Assembly (NCBI GenBank): GCA_031552815.1 | Contig: JAVBMG010000004.1 | Location: 13,795-77,794, forward strand | Direction: 5' to 3' | DNA: 64,000 nucleotides | From: Opitutales bacterium | Lineage (GTDB): Bacteria > Verrucomicrobiota > Verrucomicrobiia > Opitutales > JAVBMG01 | In this document: piece after piece, positions 20,150 to 29,884 of the stretch | How positions within the stretch are numbered: the stretch's first letter is position 1 | How the letters are laid out: each line of letters opens with the position of its first letter | The notes under the pieces: generated by a model | Database searches by the model: none | What the model was told of the DNA's origin: nothing | The model's input: only the letters and a program-made list of their open reading frames with translations | Position numbers and translations under genes: made by a program

Positions 20150-21583
20150 TTATTTTGCGGTCATCTGAGACAAAGCAGCCCGGGCTTCGTCGCGATAGGG
20201 GAACGTTGTAGGACTACGACGTAGAAATTCGCGATAGAGGTAAGTGGCTTCGGGTACGGAGTCTTGGGCACGGTAACGTTCAGCCATCCAATAAAGCGTC
20301 TGGTATTTTTCCGGGAAACGGAGGTAGACGCGTGTAATCTCATCGGAAACCTTGTTAAACTGATAGGTTTCCGGCAGTGTCTGGAGAAAATGGAGGGCAT
20401 ACTCATAGTTCTCAGGGGCCAAGCGGCTTGCTTCTCCTGCGGCAACCTGGGCTTCCGACCAACGGCTTTGATCAATGAGTACCCGGGAAAGATCGTACCA
20501 GAGCGTGGCGTTTTCACTGTCCACGGAAATAGCCTTGCGCAGATAGTGGGAAGTCGCATGAAGATCGCCTGCATCCTTTGCTTTTCGTGCGTCTTCAATG
20601 TATGGCTTGATTGCATTAAATTTACTTTCCTCAGCCTCCTTGGCGGCTTGCTTTTCCGCAGCAATCCGGTTGGCTTCATCCGTTTTGGCGGCTTCATCCG
20701 CTTTTCGTTTTTCTTCGGCCAAACGGGTTTGTTCGGCAAGTCTTGCCGCCTCTTCAGTCCGGCGTTTCTCTTCAGCTGCCTTAGCTGCTTCTATTGCGGC
20801 GGCCTGCTTTGCTTTTTCCTGTTCCTGTGATTGCTTTGCCTTATATTCCGTCAGTGCGGCACGGGCAGGTGCTATGACTGCTGTATTTTGAGGATAGCGT
20901 TTGTCATAGTTTGCAATCATTTGCTCGAGTTCCGAAAAGTCTTTTTCGTTTGCCAGGATCATAATAAGCAAAGCTTGCGCTCTATATGTGGCATTCTGGG
21001 AAATAGCCGCGTTTTTCAAATGGGCTTTGGCATCATCATACCGTTTCAGATTATAGTAGAGTTCCCCGAGCCGTTCAGCAGTTGCCGCATTGTACTTGTT
21101 TTTATTTTCCTTAATGGCAGCAATATAAGCGTTTACGGATTTTGCGTATTCTTTTTTGTGGTAATAATTATCGGCGAGCGTAGTCCATACGTCTGCGTTT
21201 TTCGGGTTTTTCTCAAGATACTTTTCAAAAAATCCGATAGCCCGGTCCTGGTTGCCGTTTTTCAGGGAAAGCTGTGCAGCTTTCAACAGGAACTCAGCAT
21301 TCGGGTTCAGGGAAAATGCTTTCTCGTAATAATCTGCGGCGGCGGCTTTTCCCATTGCCTCTGAAATGATCGCGAGTTGTTCGATAATGAGAGGATTATT
21401 GGGGAATTTGAGATCTAGTGCTTCAAGTGTGGCCAAGGCACGGGCATTATTCCCTTCACGTTGTTCCTGTTTTGCTTGCTCTATCCCCTTATTTATTTTT
21501 TCCTCGGGAGTCGTTTGTTTACAACCAAAGACAAAAAAGAGCGATATACAAAGTAAGTTAAAAATTATAAGGAATCGTTTCAT
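20150..21583 (-). CDS. TPR-repeat lipoprotein with a central charged A/E/K-rich segment
   Basis: The lipobox is FVFGC. Multiple TPR-like repeats flank the segment QEQEKAKQAAAIEAAKAAEEKRRTEEAARLAEQTRLAEEKRKADEAAK. The stop lies 3 nt before the dnaG start. Confidence 0.7.
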   Translation of the reverse strand: MKRFLIIFNLLCISLFFVFGCKQTTPEEKINKGIEQAKQEQREGNNARALATLEALDLKFPNNPLIIEQLAIISEAMGKAAAADYYEKAFSLNPNAEFLLKAAQLSLKNGNQDRAIGFFEKYLEKNPKNADVWTTLADNYYHKKEYAKSVNAYIAAIKENKNKYNAATAERLGELYYNLKRYDDAKAHLKNAAISQNATYRAQALLIMILANEKDFSELEQMIANYDKRYPQNTAVIAPARAALTEYKAKQSQEQEKAKQAAAIEAAKAAEEKRRTEEAARLAEQTRLAEEKRKADEAAKTDEANRIAAEKQAAKEAEESKFNAIKPYIEDARKAKDAGDLHATSHYLRKAISVDSENATLWYDLSRVLIDQSRWSEAQVAAGEASRLAPENYEYALHFLQTLPETYQFNKVSDEITRVYLRFPEKYQTLYWMAERYRAQDSVPEATYLYREFLRRSPTTFPYRDEARAALSQMTAK

Positions 21584-21618
21584 TGGACAAAATGAAGATA
21601 TTTTCCTGTCAGTATTAT

Positions 21619-22659
21619 ATGATGTTCAAAAAATTGCACGCAAAAATGCTTTTGCTGTGTTTCTTGGTATTGAATATGAGTTTTGCCTCGGCGCAAACAG
21701 CAAATACAGGTTCTTTTGTTTATGAGAGTCATTTATCAGATTTTTCCCGGGAAGGGTATTCGAACGCTTTGAACGCAATGCTGCCAAAGTGGGAGAAGCA
21801 GTCAGGGAAAGCACTGGTACCGGGTGAAAAGGGTAAAATCGCATTGAAAGTCTACAGTAATTCGGGGGCAGGCATTGAAACGCCCAAAAATCTTGTGCGT
21901 GCATTGATTTCCTACCTGAGGGATCATGGCTGGAAAAACGAGCAAATCATCATCATTGATGCGGATGCCGCGTCACTCCGTGAGGCTGGTTATTTGCCGC
22001 CGATTTCCCTGAGGCGCAATGATTTCGACGGGGTTTCCGTCGTTTACCTGAGCAATGACCAGATTAACAAGGACTGGTTCTTCGAAAACGCATTGCCTCC
22101 CTGGGAATCGGATATTCCTCAGAAGAAAACGGTTAATACGGAAAATGATGACGAGGGTCGGAAAAGTTACTTGCCTTATGTGCTGGTTAACGGCGTGGAT
22201 TTCTGGATAAACCTTCCGGTTGTGACGGATCATCCGTCAATAGGAATCAACGGAGCACTGGCTAACAGCAGTCTTTGGGCTGTGACGAACCGGGAACGTT
22301 TCTGGAGAAATCCGGTGAATGCGGCGGTTGCGATTGCGGAAATAAACGCCATTCCGGAGTTCCATAAGAGTTTTGCCATGAACATTCTGTCAACGGAACT
22401 GTACCAGTATATCGGCGGACCTGTCTTTAATTCGCGTTACACAAAATCAGAACCGGTCCTTTACCTGAGCAGCGATCCCATAGCATTGGATATGCTGATG
22501 TTTCAGAAAATCAATAAAGACAGGCTTGCTGAAGGATTCAAAGCGATGGAATTACCGATTATTTTCCGGTATGCCGCCTCGCTGAATCTCGGTACCGACG
22601 ACTCATCCAAGGTAACATTTATCACGGTCGACCAAAGGCAGGAAAACGGACAGAAATGA
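21619..22659 (+). CDS. Secreted DUF362-like protein, function unknown
   Basis: The signal peptide is MMFKKLHAKMLLLCFLVLNMSFASA. KIALKV...TPKNLVRALISYLRDHGW..IIIIDA and DFWINLPVVTDH resemble the DUF362 pattern as I recall it. The start is uncertain (TTG 21583, ATG 21592 or ATG 21619). Confidence 0.5.
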   Translation: MMFKKLHAKMLLLCFLVLNMSFASAQTANTGSFVYESHLSDFSREGYSNALNAMLPKWEKQSGKALVPGEKGKIALKVYSNSGAGIETPKNLVRALISYLRDHGWKNEQIIIIDADAASLREAGYLPPISLRRNDFDGVSVVYLSNDQINKDWFFENALPPWESDIPQKKTVNTENDDEGRKSYLPYVLVNGVDFWINLPVVTDHPSIGINGALANSSLWAVTNRERFWRNPVNAAVAIAEINAIPEFHKSFAMNILSTELYQYIGGPVFNSRYTKSEPVLYLSSDPIALDMLMFQKINKDRLAEGFKAMELPIIFRYAASLNLGTDDSSKVTFITVDQRQENGQK

Positions 22660-22672
22660 GGTTTCCCGTTGC

Positions 22673-23404
22673 TTACTCAACGTAAAGAATCCGGCCGCAT
22701 TGTTCGCAATAGTGAAGCTTGGATGCATCCTTCAGTGCGTTTGCGCTTTGCGAGGTTTTCATGTGGCAACCGCCGCAAATGCTGTCTCGGAAAGGAACAA
22801 CGCAGGGCAGTCGGGTGACATTTTTTCTGACGCGGTCGTATGCCTGAAGATACACAGGGTCACATTGTTTACGCTGCTCATCCAGTTGGGTATTGATTGC
22901 ATCAAAGGTTTCCTTTGATTTCTGAATGCGGGCTTCTACCGCTTTCCTTTCATCACGCAGGTTTTGCATATTGTGCGCGACTGCTTTTTCCATGAATGCT
23001 ACCGTCTTTTTTTCTTCTTCAATCTCGTCAATGAGCATCAATTCTTTGTCTTCAAAGTCACTGATTTTCTTTATGGTTTGTTCGATTTCCTTGTTAATGG
23101 CTTCGAATTCGTCCACTTTTTTCACGAGCGCCTGCTGACCCTTTAGGCGTATGAGCTGTTCCTCTGCTTTCTTTGTTTCCTTTTCACAGTCATCACGCAG
23201 TTTTTCTTTTTCCGAAAGTATTTTTTTAACAGTCAGCAATTGCTGTTCTTCCTGCTTTATTTTAGCGTCTATGGACGCAATTTCTTCCGGAGCCCGTGTA
23301 AATGACAATTCGCTGTCATGTTTCGCTTTGTCAAGCGACTGGAGTTTTAAGAGACATTCAATTTCTACTTGCACGCTTATTGTTTTAAAACAGGCCGGAT
23401 TCAA
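22673..23404 (-). CDS. Coiled-coil protein with a C-terminal C4 zinc ribbon (COG1579/DUF164-like)
   Basis: A long heptad-like K/E-rich region ends in CGGCHM...(x)...CEQCGRILY. The start is uncertain (TTG 23404 or GTG 23374). Confidence 0.7.
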   Translation of the reverse strand: MNPACFKTISVQVEIECLLKLQSLDKAKHDSELSFTRAPEEIASIDAKIKQEEQQLLTVKKILSEKEKLRDDCEKETKKAEEQLIRLKGQQALVKKVDEFEAINKEIEQTIKKISDFEDKELMLIDEIEEEKKTVAFMEKAVAHNMQNLRDERKAVEARIQKSKETFDAINTQLDEQRKQCDPVYLQAYDRVRKNVTRLPCVVPFRDSICGGCHMKTSQSANALKDASKLHYCEQCGRILYVE

Positions 23405-23481
23405 AGCAATGTTTTTTTATATGCATAATGCATTATTCTCTCCGGCAGTATCTATGCTATCGTCGGAAGAAAGCAGTTTCT

Positions 23482-23521
23482 GAGAAAAAAGAAACCGGAC
23501 GGTATCCCTTTTACCGTCCGG
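23482..23521 (-). terminator. Rho-independent terminator (minus strand)
   Basis: A perfect 9-bp stem ccggacggt (23495-23503) / accgtccgg (23513-23521) is followed, on the minus strand, by tttcttttttctca. Confidence 0.65.
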
Positions 23522-23715
23522 CTCTCTTATCTAGAGATTGGACTTACCCCAAGAACCAATCTCACATTATTTCCCTAACCCTGATGAAACAAATTTCTAT
23601 TACATCTAACACTTAACTAAACGCTGTGAATTATGATTAGTTTCAGGATTGGTCAAAAATGCTATTTATTAGCAAGATTGAAAAGGGTAGAGGATAAAAC
23701 TGCTAAAATTTATAC

Positions 23716-26202
23716 TTATTGTTCACGGGTAAGCTTTCCCCATTGTTCGCTTTTAAAGACCATGATATCAGGGTTTATCAGGTTATACCGCAGGCTTACA
23801 CGGCCGTTGGGTGCTATATTCACCAGATCGTTTCCGTGAATGTCCCAAGTCAGTCCTTCAAGCCAGTCAACGGCTTTTCCTTCATGATAAGCCTTGACAG
23901 TTCCGTCAGCGCGGAATTCCCGGGCAAAATTCTCACCGTTGGCAATGTAATGCCATCTGCTGCCGGAAATCATTTCTTTGGTGGGGGCAAGCAGCGGTGT
24001 GTGCATGGTTTCGCAGAGGGTTCCGTATTTTTTGTAAAGTTTCCTGGCTATTGCGATGGTGTCACCGACCGGTTTTGCCGGATAGCTGTTTCTAGCGTTT
24101 ACCCAGGCAAGTTCTGCTTGGGAAAGTTCATCAAGAAACGCCTTTTCCCTGAAGTTTTCATTTTTTTCAAGGGATTCCTGCAGATAGCGGAAATACATGG
24201 CCCACCGCATGTGGTAATAGTCTTTCAGCAAGCCGTTCCATTGACGGTTCGCATAGTCGTTTATATCATCATTGGGATGACCGTTCCATAACGTTAGCAG
24301 GTTGCGGGCCTGATATTCGAACATGGCTTTCTCCTCGGGCGTTTTTCCGGTGTTTTTTGCGTCCTCAAGCCAGATTCCAAGAAGGAAATTTTTATGTGAC
24401 CCAAGCAGTGTATCCAGGTCAGAAACCATATCCAGGAAGAGGGTTGTGTGAGCCTTGAATGCGTCGCTATCTTTTGCCTGGTACGCTTCCATTGCCTTGA
24501 CCCGCAAGGAGTTGGTCGCATCAACGATGATCTGGCGGGTGACATCAATCAGATCATAGCGGTAACTTTGGCTGATTTCAAAATCATCGGCAGCGGCAAG
24601 TAACTCTTTCCACGCAAAGACAAACCTGCTGGCATCATGATGTGTGAAGGTGGAACCCCATGTGCGTGCTTTTAAGGGATTTGCGCGCAGGGGACGCGCC
24701 GCAAAAACCGGGTTTCCGGGGGTTGACTCACTGAAGTCGACGGAATAGGGGGTAGCTTGTATGATTTCCCAAGCAGTCTGGGCGTGTTTGTTGCGTTTCC
24801 CGTAGCGGCGTTCCGTATACCTTCGGAACCATGCCTTGAGATCGACGGAATCGTGACGCCATGCGAATTCCTGCATCAGGTCGAAGGCCGCCGGATTGTG
24901 CATGGTTCCTTCCGGTACGACGCCTATGCCAACCATGTTTCCGCGGTCGGGAGCATTCAGCGTATCCGGGATGATGTGGGCGAGTTTGTTCATATCTCCG
25001 CCGAGGTCGGTGTTACCGCCGAAATTCTGAAGATAGCACCATACCCAGTTTTTGCCGTTGAATGCATGGGAACGATTCCAGAACGGTTCGGAATCACACC
25101 ATAAATCAAGCGCCATCACACGTTCTGACGGAACACGCTGAAGCAGTTCGCGATAATCCTTTTGCCAGCATTGTTTTACCCAGACAGCTTCAGGATCAAT
25201 TTCCATCATTGAGTTAATAATCGTCTCGCCGCAGGCGGCCATATCAACGCCTTCTGCGTTGCCGCCTTCATGGAACGGATCCCCGGTATAAAATCCGGCC
25301 CGTCCGTAGAGCTTTTCCTGTTCGAGCAAAAAGGTTTTGGCGAGTTTTTTGAAATAGGGGTTGGCGGGGTCGAGCATGTCCTGTCTTTTGAAAACGCCCC
25401 AATTCCCTTGGGGTAATACCCGTGCTCCGGGGTTTTTCTTTTCAAAATCAGGCGGTACCATGCCGTAAAAACTTTGCAATACGATTTTCATGCCGAGTCC
25501 GCGTGCCCTTTGAATGATTTTTTCTGCGAGTTCGCTACGTTCGCCGATAAATGTTTTGGGAACAGCTCCACCGTAGTTTTCCAGGTTTTGCATATAAAAC
25601 CATGGCAAATGAGCGACACTTCCCAGCCATGTACGGATTTCCTCGTCGGTATATCCGTACTGTATGTAGGTATTGACAAACACGGCTTCCTGTCCGGTCA
25701 GGATAAGCGGGAGATTGATTCCGTTCATCGCCATCAGGTCAATTTCCCTTTCCCATTCCTTCCATCCCCACCAGGGCATGGTATAACCGTATGCGGTGTA
25801 GTTGTAGAAATAGCGGTAAGGTACGGTAGCATCCTTCCTTATTTTCTCGGGAACGGGGGTGAGGGCTTCCGATAGATCCAACTGGTCAGAGCACCAGGAA
25901 ACGGAAGCGTTCAAATAGTATTTCATGTACCAATTCAGGGCGGAAGCAATGGATACGCCGTTGTTACCGCGCAGGAGAATGATACCGTCCCTGTTGTCGA
26001 TCTCGAAAAAGTCTTTCTCCTGAGAAACGATTTCGACGACGAACTGTTCGTAATGATCGGGCAATATCCGCTTGATCAGGGCGATGACAGATTGTTCTTC
26101 CGGGCTGTGTTTATTGTTTGCGGCAAGACCTTCGGTGACAAAAGCCAACAGAATCGCCATGCCTAAGAGCAGGTGTTTTTTCATGATTGGATAAATAAGC
26201 AT
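23716..26202 (-). CDS. Alpha-N-acetylglucosaminidase (GH89, NAGLU-like)
   Basis: The 828-aa product has a signal peptide. NAGLU-like segments are GNNGVSIASALNWYMKYY, YTMPWWGWKEWEREIDLMAMNGINLPL and HLPWFYMQN. Confidence 0.9.
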   Translation of the reverse strand: MLIYPIMKKHLLLGMAILLAFVTEGLAANNKHSPEEQSVIALIKRILPDHYEQFVVEIVSQEKDFFEIDNRDGIILLRGNNGVSIASALNWYMKYYLNASVSWCSDQLDLSEALTPVPEKIRKDATVPYRYFYNYTAYGYTMPWWGWKEWEREIDLMAMNGINLPLILTGQEAVFVNTYIQYGYTDEEIRTWLGSVAHLPWFYMQNLENYGGAVPKTFIGERSELAEKIIQRARGLGMKIVLQSFYGMVPPDFEKKNPGARVLPQGNWGVFKRQDMLDPANPYFKKLAKTFLLEQEKLYGRAGFYTGDPFHEGGNAEGVDMAACGETIINSMMEIDPEAVWVKQCWQKDYRELLQRVPSERVMALDLWCDSEPFWNRSHAFNGKNWVWCYLQNFGGNTDLGGDMNKLAHIIPDTLNAPDRGNMVGIGVVPEGTMHNPAAFDLMQEFAWRHDSVDLKAWFRRYTERRYGKRNKHAQTAWEIIQATPYSVDFSESTPGNPVFAARPLRANPLKARTWGSTFTHHDASRFVFAWKELLAAADDFEISQSYRYDLIDVTRQIIVDATNSLRVKAMEAYQAKDSDAFKAHTTLFLDMVSDLDTLLGSHKNFLLGIWLEDAKNTGKTPEEKAMFEYQARNLLTLWNGHPNDDINDYANRQWNGLLKDYYHMRWAMYFRYLQESLEKNENFREKAFLDELSQAELAWVNARNSYPAKPVGDTIAIARKLYKKYGTLCETMHTPLLAPTKEMISGSRWHYIANGENFAREFRADGTVKAYHEGKAVDWLEGLTWDIHGNDLVNIAPNGRVSLRYNLINPDIMVFKSEQWGKLTREQ

Positions 26203-26312
26203 TTAAGCCACAAAGGATTAAAAGAAAGTGGAAAAAATCCAAGAAAATAAAACTGCCTGCAGACGCCTGATGAAGCAGAGAACAGGTAAGCCAGCTTAGG
26301 CCTTATCGGGGA

Positions 26313-27692
26313 CTACTTGCTTTCCTCGGCGCGATAGCCGCCGCCAAGCGCTTTGATGAGCGTGATTTCCTGAAATAGGCGCTGACCATCAATCAATACA
26401 AGGGATTGTTTTTCAAGAATAACGGGCAGTCGGGCTTCCGTCGCCTCGACTTTTGTACGCAGTCCTGACTTATACGCGGCTTCAGCCGCTCTTTGCAGCG
26501 ACTCCATGTTCTCAAGTTTTTTGACCTGGAGATTACGTTCTGTTTCAAGCGTTTGCAGATTGTTGCAACTGACAGCTACTTCGCGTACAGCATTCAGCAC
26601 GGATTGATTATAATGTTCAATGAGCAGGTCGCGTGTTGCGCGCGCATTATCCAAGGCGGCATTCAGGCGACCGATATCAAATATGGGTAGGTAAACAAGG
26701 GGTAGTCCGATGGACTGCTGGGTGGATTTCTTCAAAAGATTGCCGACTTCCAACTCTCCAAAAATAAATAATCCGGCCAGGTTCAGGCTTGGATAAAATG
26801 CTGCTTCCTTGGCTTCGATTTCGCTCAAGGAGGCTTGCACATACCAGCGCATTGCCTGTAAGTCCGGGCGACGGGCAAGCAGTTCATAGGAGAGTTCGCT
26901 GGGCAGGTTTGCCTGGTTTTCAGGCAGGGGCATCGGTTTTATTCCCGGCATATCATCGGCTCCCGATCCGATCAATGCCCGTAAAGCTTCACGGATTTCC
27001 TTGATTTGCCCTTGGGCGGAAGCAATCTGGCGATCAATACTGATCTGCTGCGCACGTATATTGTTTATTGCCAAGGGGGCATCAAGACCGTTTATGCTTT
27101 TGGCTTGTTTTGCCTGCAAGGCCAGCTCCCAGACTTCATTCGCTTGCTTGAGCAAATCAATGAGTTGGTAGGTCATTTGAATCCGGTAATAGAGCGAAGC
27201 GATTTCCGCTGAAAGTTCGAGTTCGACAGCGGCAGCCTCGGCAACATGAGCATTTTTTGCGCCAATGGCAGCTTCAACCTGTTTCCGTTGCTTCCCCCAA
27301 AGGTCGACACTGTAGTTGGCCATAATATTCCAGCCTTGGAATCCATCCGTCAGGATACCGCCTGCCATGACCTGCATGTTCATCCACCAGGTGCCAAGCA
27401 TTCCTGCCTGTGCGTGTGCCTGGCTGATACGTATCTGGGCGATGGTCATATTCGGCGCCTTTTCAATGGCATAGTCCATCAGGGCATTGAGTTGCGGATC
27501 ATTGTAATGCGTCCACCAACGGGCTGCCGGCCAACCGTCTTTTGCCAAGTGAATATCATCCGCAAGGCGGACTTTTTCCGGCGCGATTTGTGTATGCGGT
27601 TTATCTTCATTCATGACACAGCCGGAGAACAATCCGATGGAACAGCATAGGATGCTCAGGTAAAGAGCGGATGATTTTTGTATCTTCTTCAT
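26313..27692 (-). CDS. Efflux outer-membrane factor lipoprotein (NodT/TolC family, MdtP-like)
   Basis: The lipobox is LFSGC. The protein has two TolC-like helical repeats and is the last gene of a four-gene efflux operon. Confidence 0.85.
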   Translation of the reverse strand: MKKIQKSSALYLSILCCSIGLFSGCVMNEDKPHTQIAPEKVRLADDIHLAKDGWPAARWWTHYNDPQLNALMDYAIEKAPNMTIAQIRISQAHAQAGMLGTWWMNMQVMAGGILTDGFQGWNIMANYSVDLWGKQRKQVEAAIGAKNAHVAEAAAVELELSAEIASLYYRIQMTYQLIDLLKQANEVWELALQAKQAKSINGLDAPLAINNIRAQQISIDRQIASAQGQIKEIREALRALIGSGADDMPGIKPMPLPENQANLPSELSYELLARRPDLQAMRWYVQASLSEIEAKEAAFYPSLNLAGLFIFGELEVGNLLKKSTQQSIGLPLVYLPIFDIGRLNAALDNARATRDLLIEHYNQSVLNAVREVAVSCNNLQTLETERNLQVKKLENMESLQRAAEAAYKSGLRTKVEATEARLPVILEKQSLVLIDGQRLFQEITLIKALGGGYRAEESK

Positions 27693-27694
27693 TT

Positions 27695-29863
27695 TCAGGA
27701 AACTTCGATGACAGGCTTTGTTATGGTATTCCCGTTATCTTGTTTGCTTGACCAGTCGGGAAGTGAGGCAAAGCAATTGATCAACGTCCGGGCATTCGCG
27801 AGAAGCGTCCGGGTTAATGGATCTGCAGGCGTGAATTGTTTCAGTCTTTGGTTGGCAAGAAAAAGGTTTTGTTGTGCGTCATGGGACGGTGCTTTCTGGT
27901 TCTCGACGCTGTTTGCATAGATGTCGCAAAGATCAGCGGATTGTTGGCGGAGCGACTGGATTTCCCTCATCAAATCCGGATCTGTCGCGGTTGCCGCATT
28001 GACTTGAGAGCGGAGCGTATCCTGAGCAATGAGTATATCGCGGCTGGATTCAATAAGCGTCTGCGCATAATCGGCAAGGTATGCTTTTTTACCTCCCTGC
28101 CTGTAATCTTTCTCGGTTCTGACTTTGACAAGCATTTCCTCGCATTGATTTATTTGCGACCAGCAGTCGAGGTGTTGTTGGACGTAACGGATTTGTTCCT
28201 GCTTAGGAGTTTCATCGGAAACGGGGCGAATCAGTTGCGCCAGTGAACGAAGCAGCGCAGTCATCTTTTGTCGAAAAGTACTATCGGCGCTTTCAGGCCA
28301 GATATAAGTGAACGCAAAATAGACCAGTGTTACACCGAGCAGGATGCCTATCAGACGGTCACGGATTTCAACAAGATTATGCGAGGGTTCAAATCCGTTA
28401 AGAATGGCAAGGGACATAGTAAGAACCATTTGGGTCCCTATATACGCTATGCGTTCCGAACCGGTAGCAATCCACGCTCCAATGGCAATAATGGGCATTA
28501 CGGTCAACAAAAGGGCCGTAATACTGTTAATGTAAGGAAAAACGAAAATGCTTATCAGAAGTGCAGCAATACTGCCCAGTATGCCGCCGTAAATACGCAG
28601 GGTTCCTTTGGACAGGGTAGCGCCAAGGGTCGGATAGGCAATGATTCCGCAGGTCAGCATCATGGTGTGGATACCTTCCCATTGCACGGCATTATAGAAA
28701 AGATATGCCAAAGCGCTGCAGAAAGTCAGTTTAAGGGCATAGCGTGAGTAATTCGGATTGGTACGGATATCGGAAACAAACAGGGATTCCTTCGGCTTTG
28801 TTTCCGTCGCATCCTGAGGAATATCGAAATCGCTCAAATATAATAATGTTTTATAGATTTCATTGAAATGAGCTTCTGTGGCAAGTATTTGTTGTTCCTC
28901 GGCTGTGGGCGTCCATGTGAGCTTGTAGTGTTGGTTTTTGGAAAAGGTCGTTTCCAGTATACGGATTTGTTCGCGAAGCCGGGCAATCGTCGATTGGCGG
29001 ATTGAAAGACTTTTTTCCGAATTAACAGATTTTTCTATGTTACCGTCTGTATTCCGAAACAGATTTACAGTCTGGTATATGCGTGATATCGCGGAAATCG
29101 CTGTTTCCCGGTACACTTTGCTTGCGTAATGGCCTTTATCCCCAATAGCTGAAAACGTTGCCAACTTGTGTAAATGAACAGCTTTTTTTTGCAGTTGCTG
29201 TGCTGTCAGAGGCTCTGATTGCCTTTTATCGGGCTCACCGGATAATGATGCCAGGATGGTGTCGGTATCATTCAGTTGACGGGAAACTTCATTCCGCAAT
29301 TGCTCGATGGGTTCATCCGGAAAGAGAAGCGTATTAATAATTAATGCCAGAGCGATAGGATAATTAAGTGCAAACAAAGACCAGAATATCTGATGCAGGA
29401 TATATTCAGCCTGGTCGGTGAAATCGCCAATGCTTTGCAGATAGATGGTGGCAACGGCTGCACCAAAGAAAATAATTCCCAGTTTTGAGACACGCATGGC
29501 ATACATGCTGAGAAAAAACAGAAAACTGGTGCATAGGATGCGTATCAGCGGGTATTCGTAGGTGTACTTTAAAACAAGGATTTCAATACTGACGGAAACA
29601 AAGTTGGCGAAAAACAATAAGGCCCCGACAATACGTGTGAGTGTGGCATTGGATTGAATGGTGTAGAAAACGATAACCAGTGAGAGCGGCAGCAATGGTA
29701 TCCGGTATGCCTGAGAAATGATGATCACAAGCGCAGATGTCAGAATAAGACGCATTGCCATATTTGCTCTACCGGGAAACGGAGCCATTTCGTCATAGAC
29801 CGATCGGGCAAATGACTTGATGTCTTCCGGTATGAGATGGGAAATGCTCATGGAGTCAATCAA
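27695..29863 (-). CDS. FUSC-family (fusaric-acid-resistance/MdtO/AaeB-like) inner-membrane efflux protein
   Basis: The 722-aa product has two clusters of hydrophobic helices separated and followed by long helical cytoplasmic regions. It is flanked by HlyD-type and OMF genes. Confidence 0.8.
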   Translation of the reverse strand: MIDSMSISHLIPEDIKSFARSVYDEMAPFPGRANMAMRLILTSALVIIISQAYRIPLLPLSLVIVFYTIQSNATLTRIVGALLFFANFVSVSIEILVLKYTYEYPLIRILCTSFLFFLSMYAMRVSKLGIIFFGAAVATIYLQSIGDFTDQAEYILHQIFWSLFALNYPIALALIINTLLFPDEPIEQLRNEVSRQLNDTDTILASLSGEPDKRQSEPLTAQQLQKKAVHLHKLATFSAIGDKGHYASKVYRETAISAISRIYQTVNLFRNTDGNIEKSVNSEKSLSIRQSTIARLREQIRILETTFSKNQHYKLTWTPTAEEQQILATEAHFNEIYKTLLYLSDFDIPQDATETKPKESLFVSDIRTNPNYSRYALKLTFCSALAYLFYNAVQWEGIHTMMLTCGIIAYPTLGATLSKGTLRIYGGILGSIAALLISIFVFPYINSITALLLTVMPIIAIGAWIATGSERIAYIGTQMVLTMSLAILNGFEPSHNLVEIRDRLIGILLGVTLVYFAFTYIWPESADSTFRQKMTALLRSLAQLIRPVSDETPKQEQIRYVQQHLDCWSQINQCEEMLVKVRTEKDYRQGGKKAYLADYAQTLIESSRDILIAQDTLRSQVNAATATDPDLMREIQSLRQQSADLCDIYANSVENQKAPSHDAQQNLFLANQRLKQFTPADPLTRTLLANARTLINCFASLPDWSSKQDNGNTITKPVIEVS

Positions 29864-29884
29864 TGACTGCGATGTAAAGTACGT

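Noticed and set aside
20161-21364. Several 97-192-aa ORFs lie in alternative frames or on the opposite strand within the TPR lipoprotein gene.
   Set aside because: They are low-complexity translations generated by the repetitive GCN/AAR-rich coding region. The TPR frame is continuous and has a proper lipoprotein signal.
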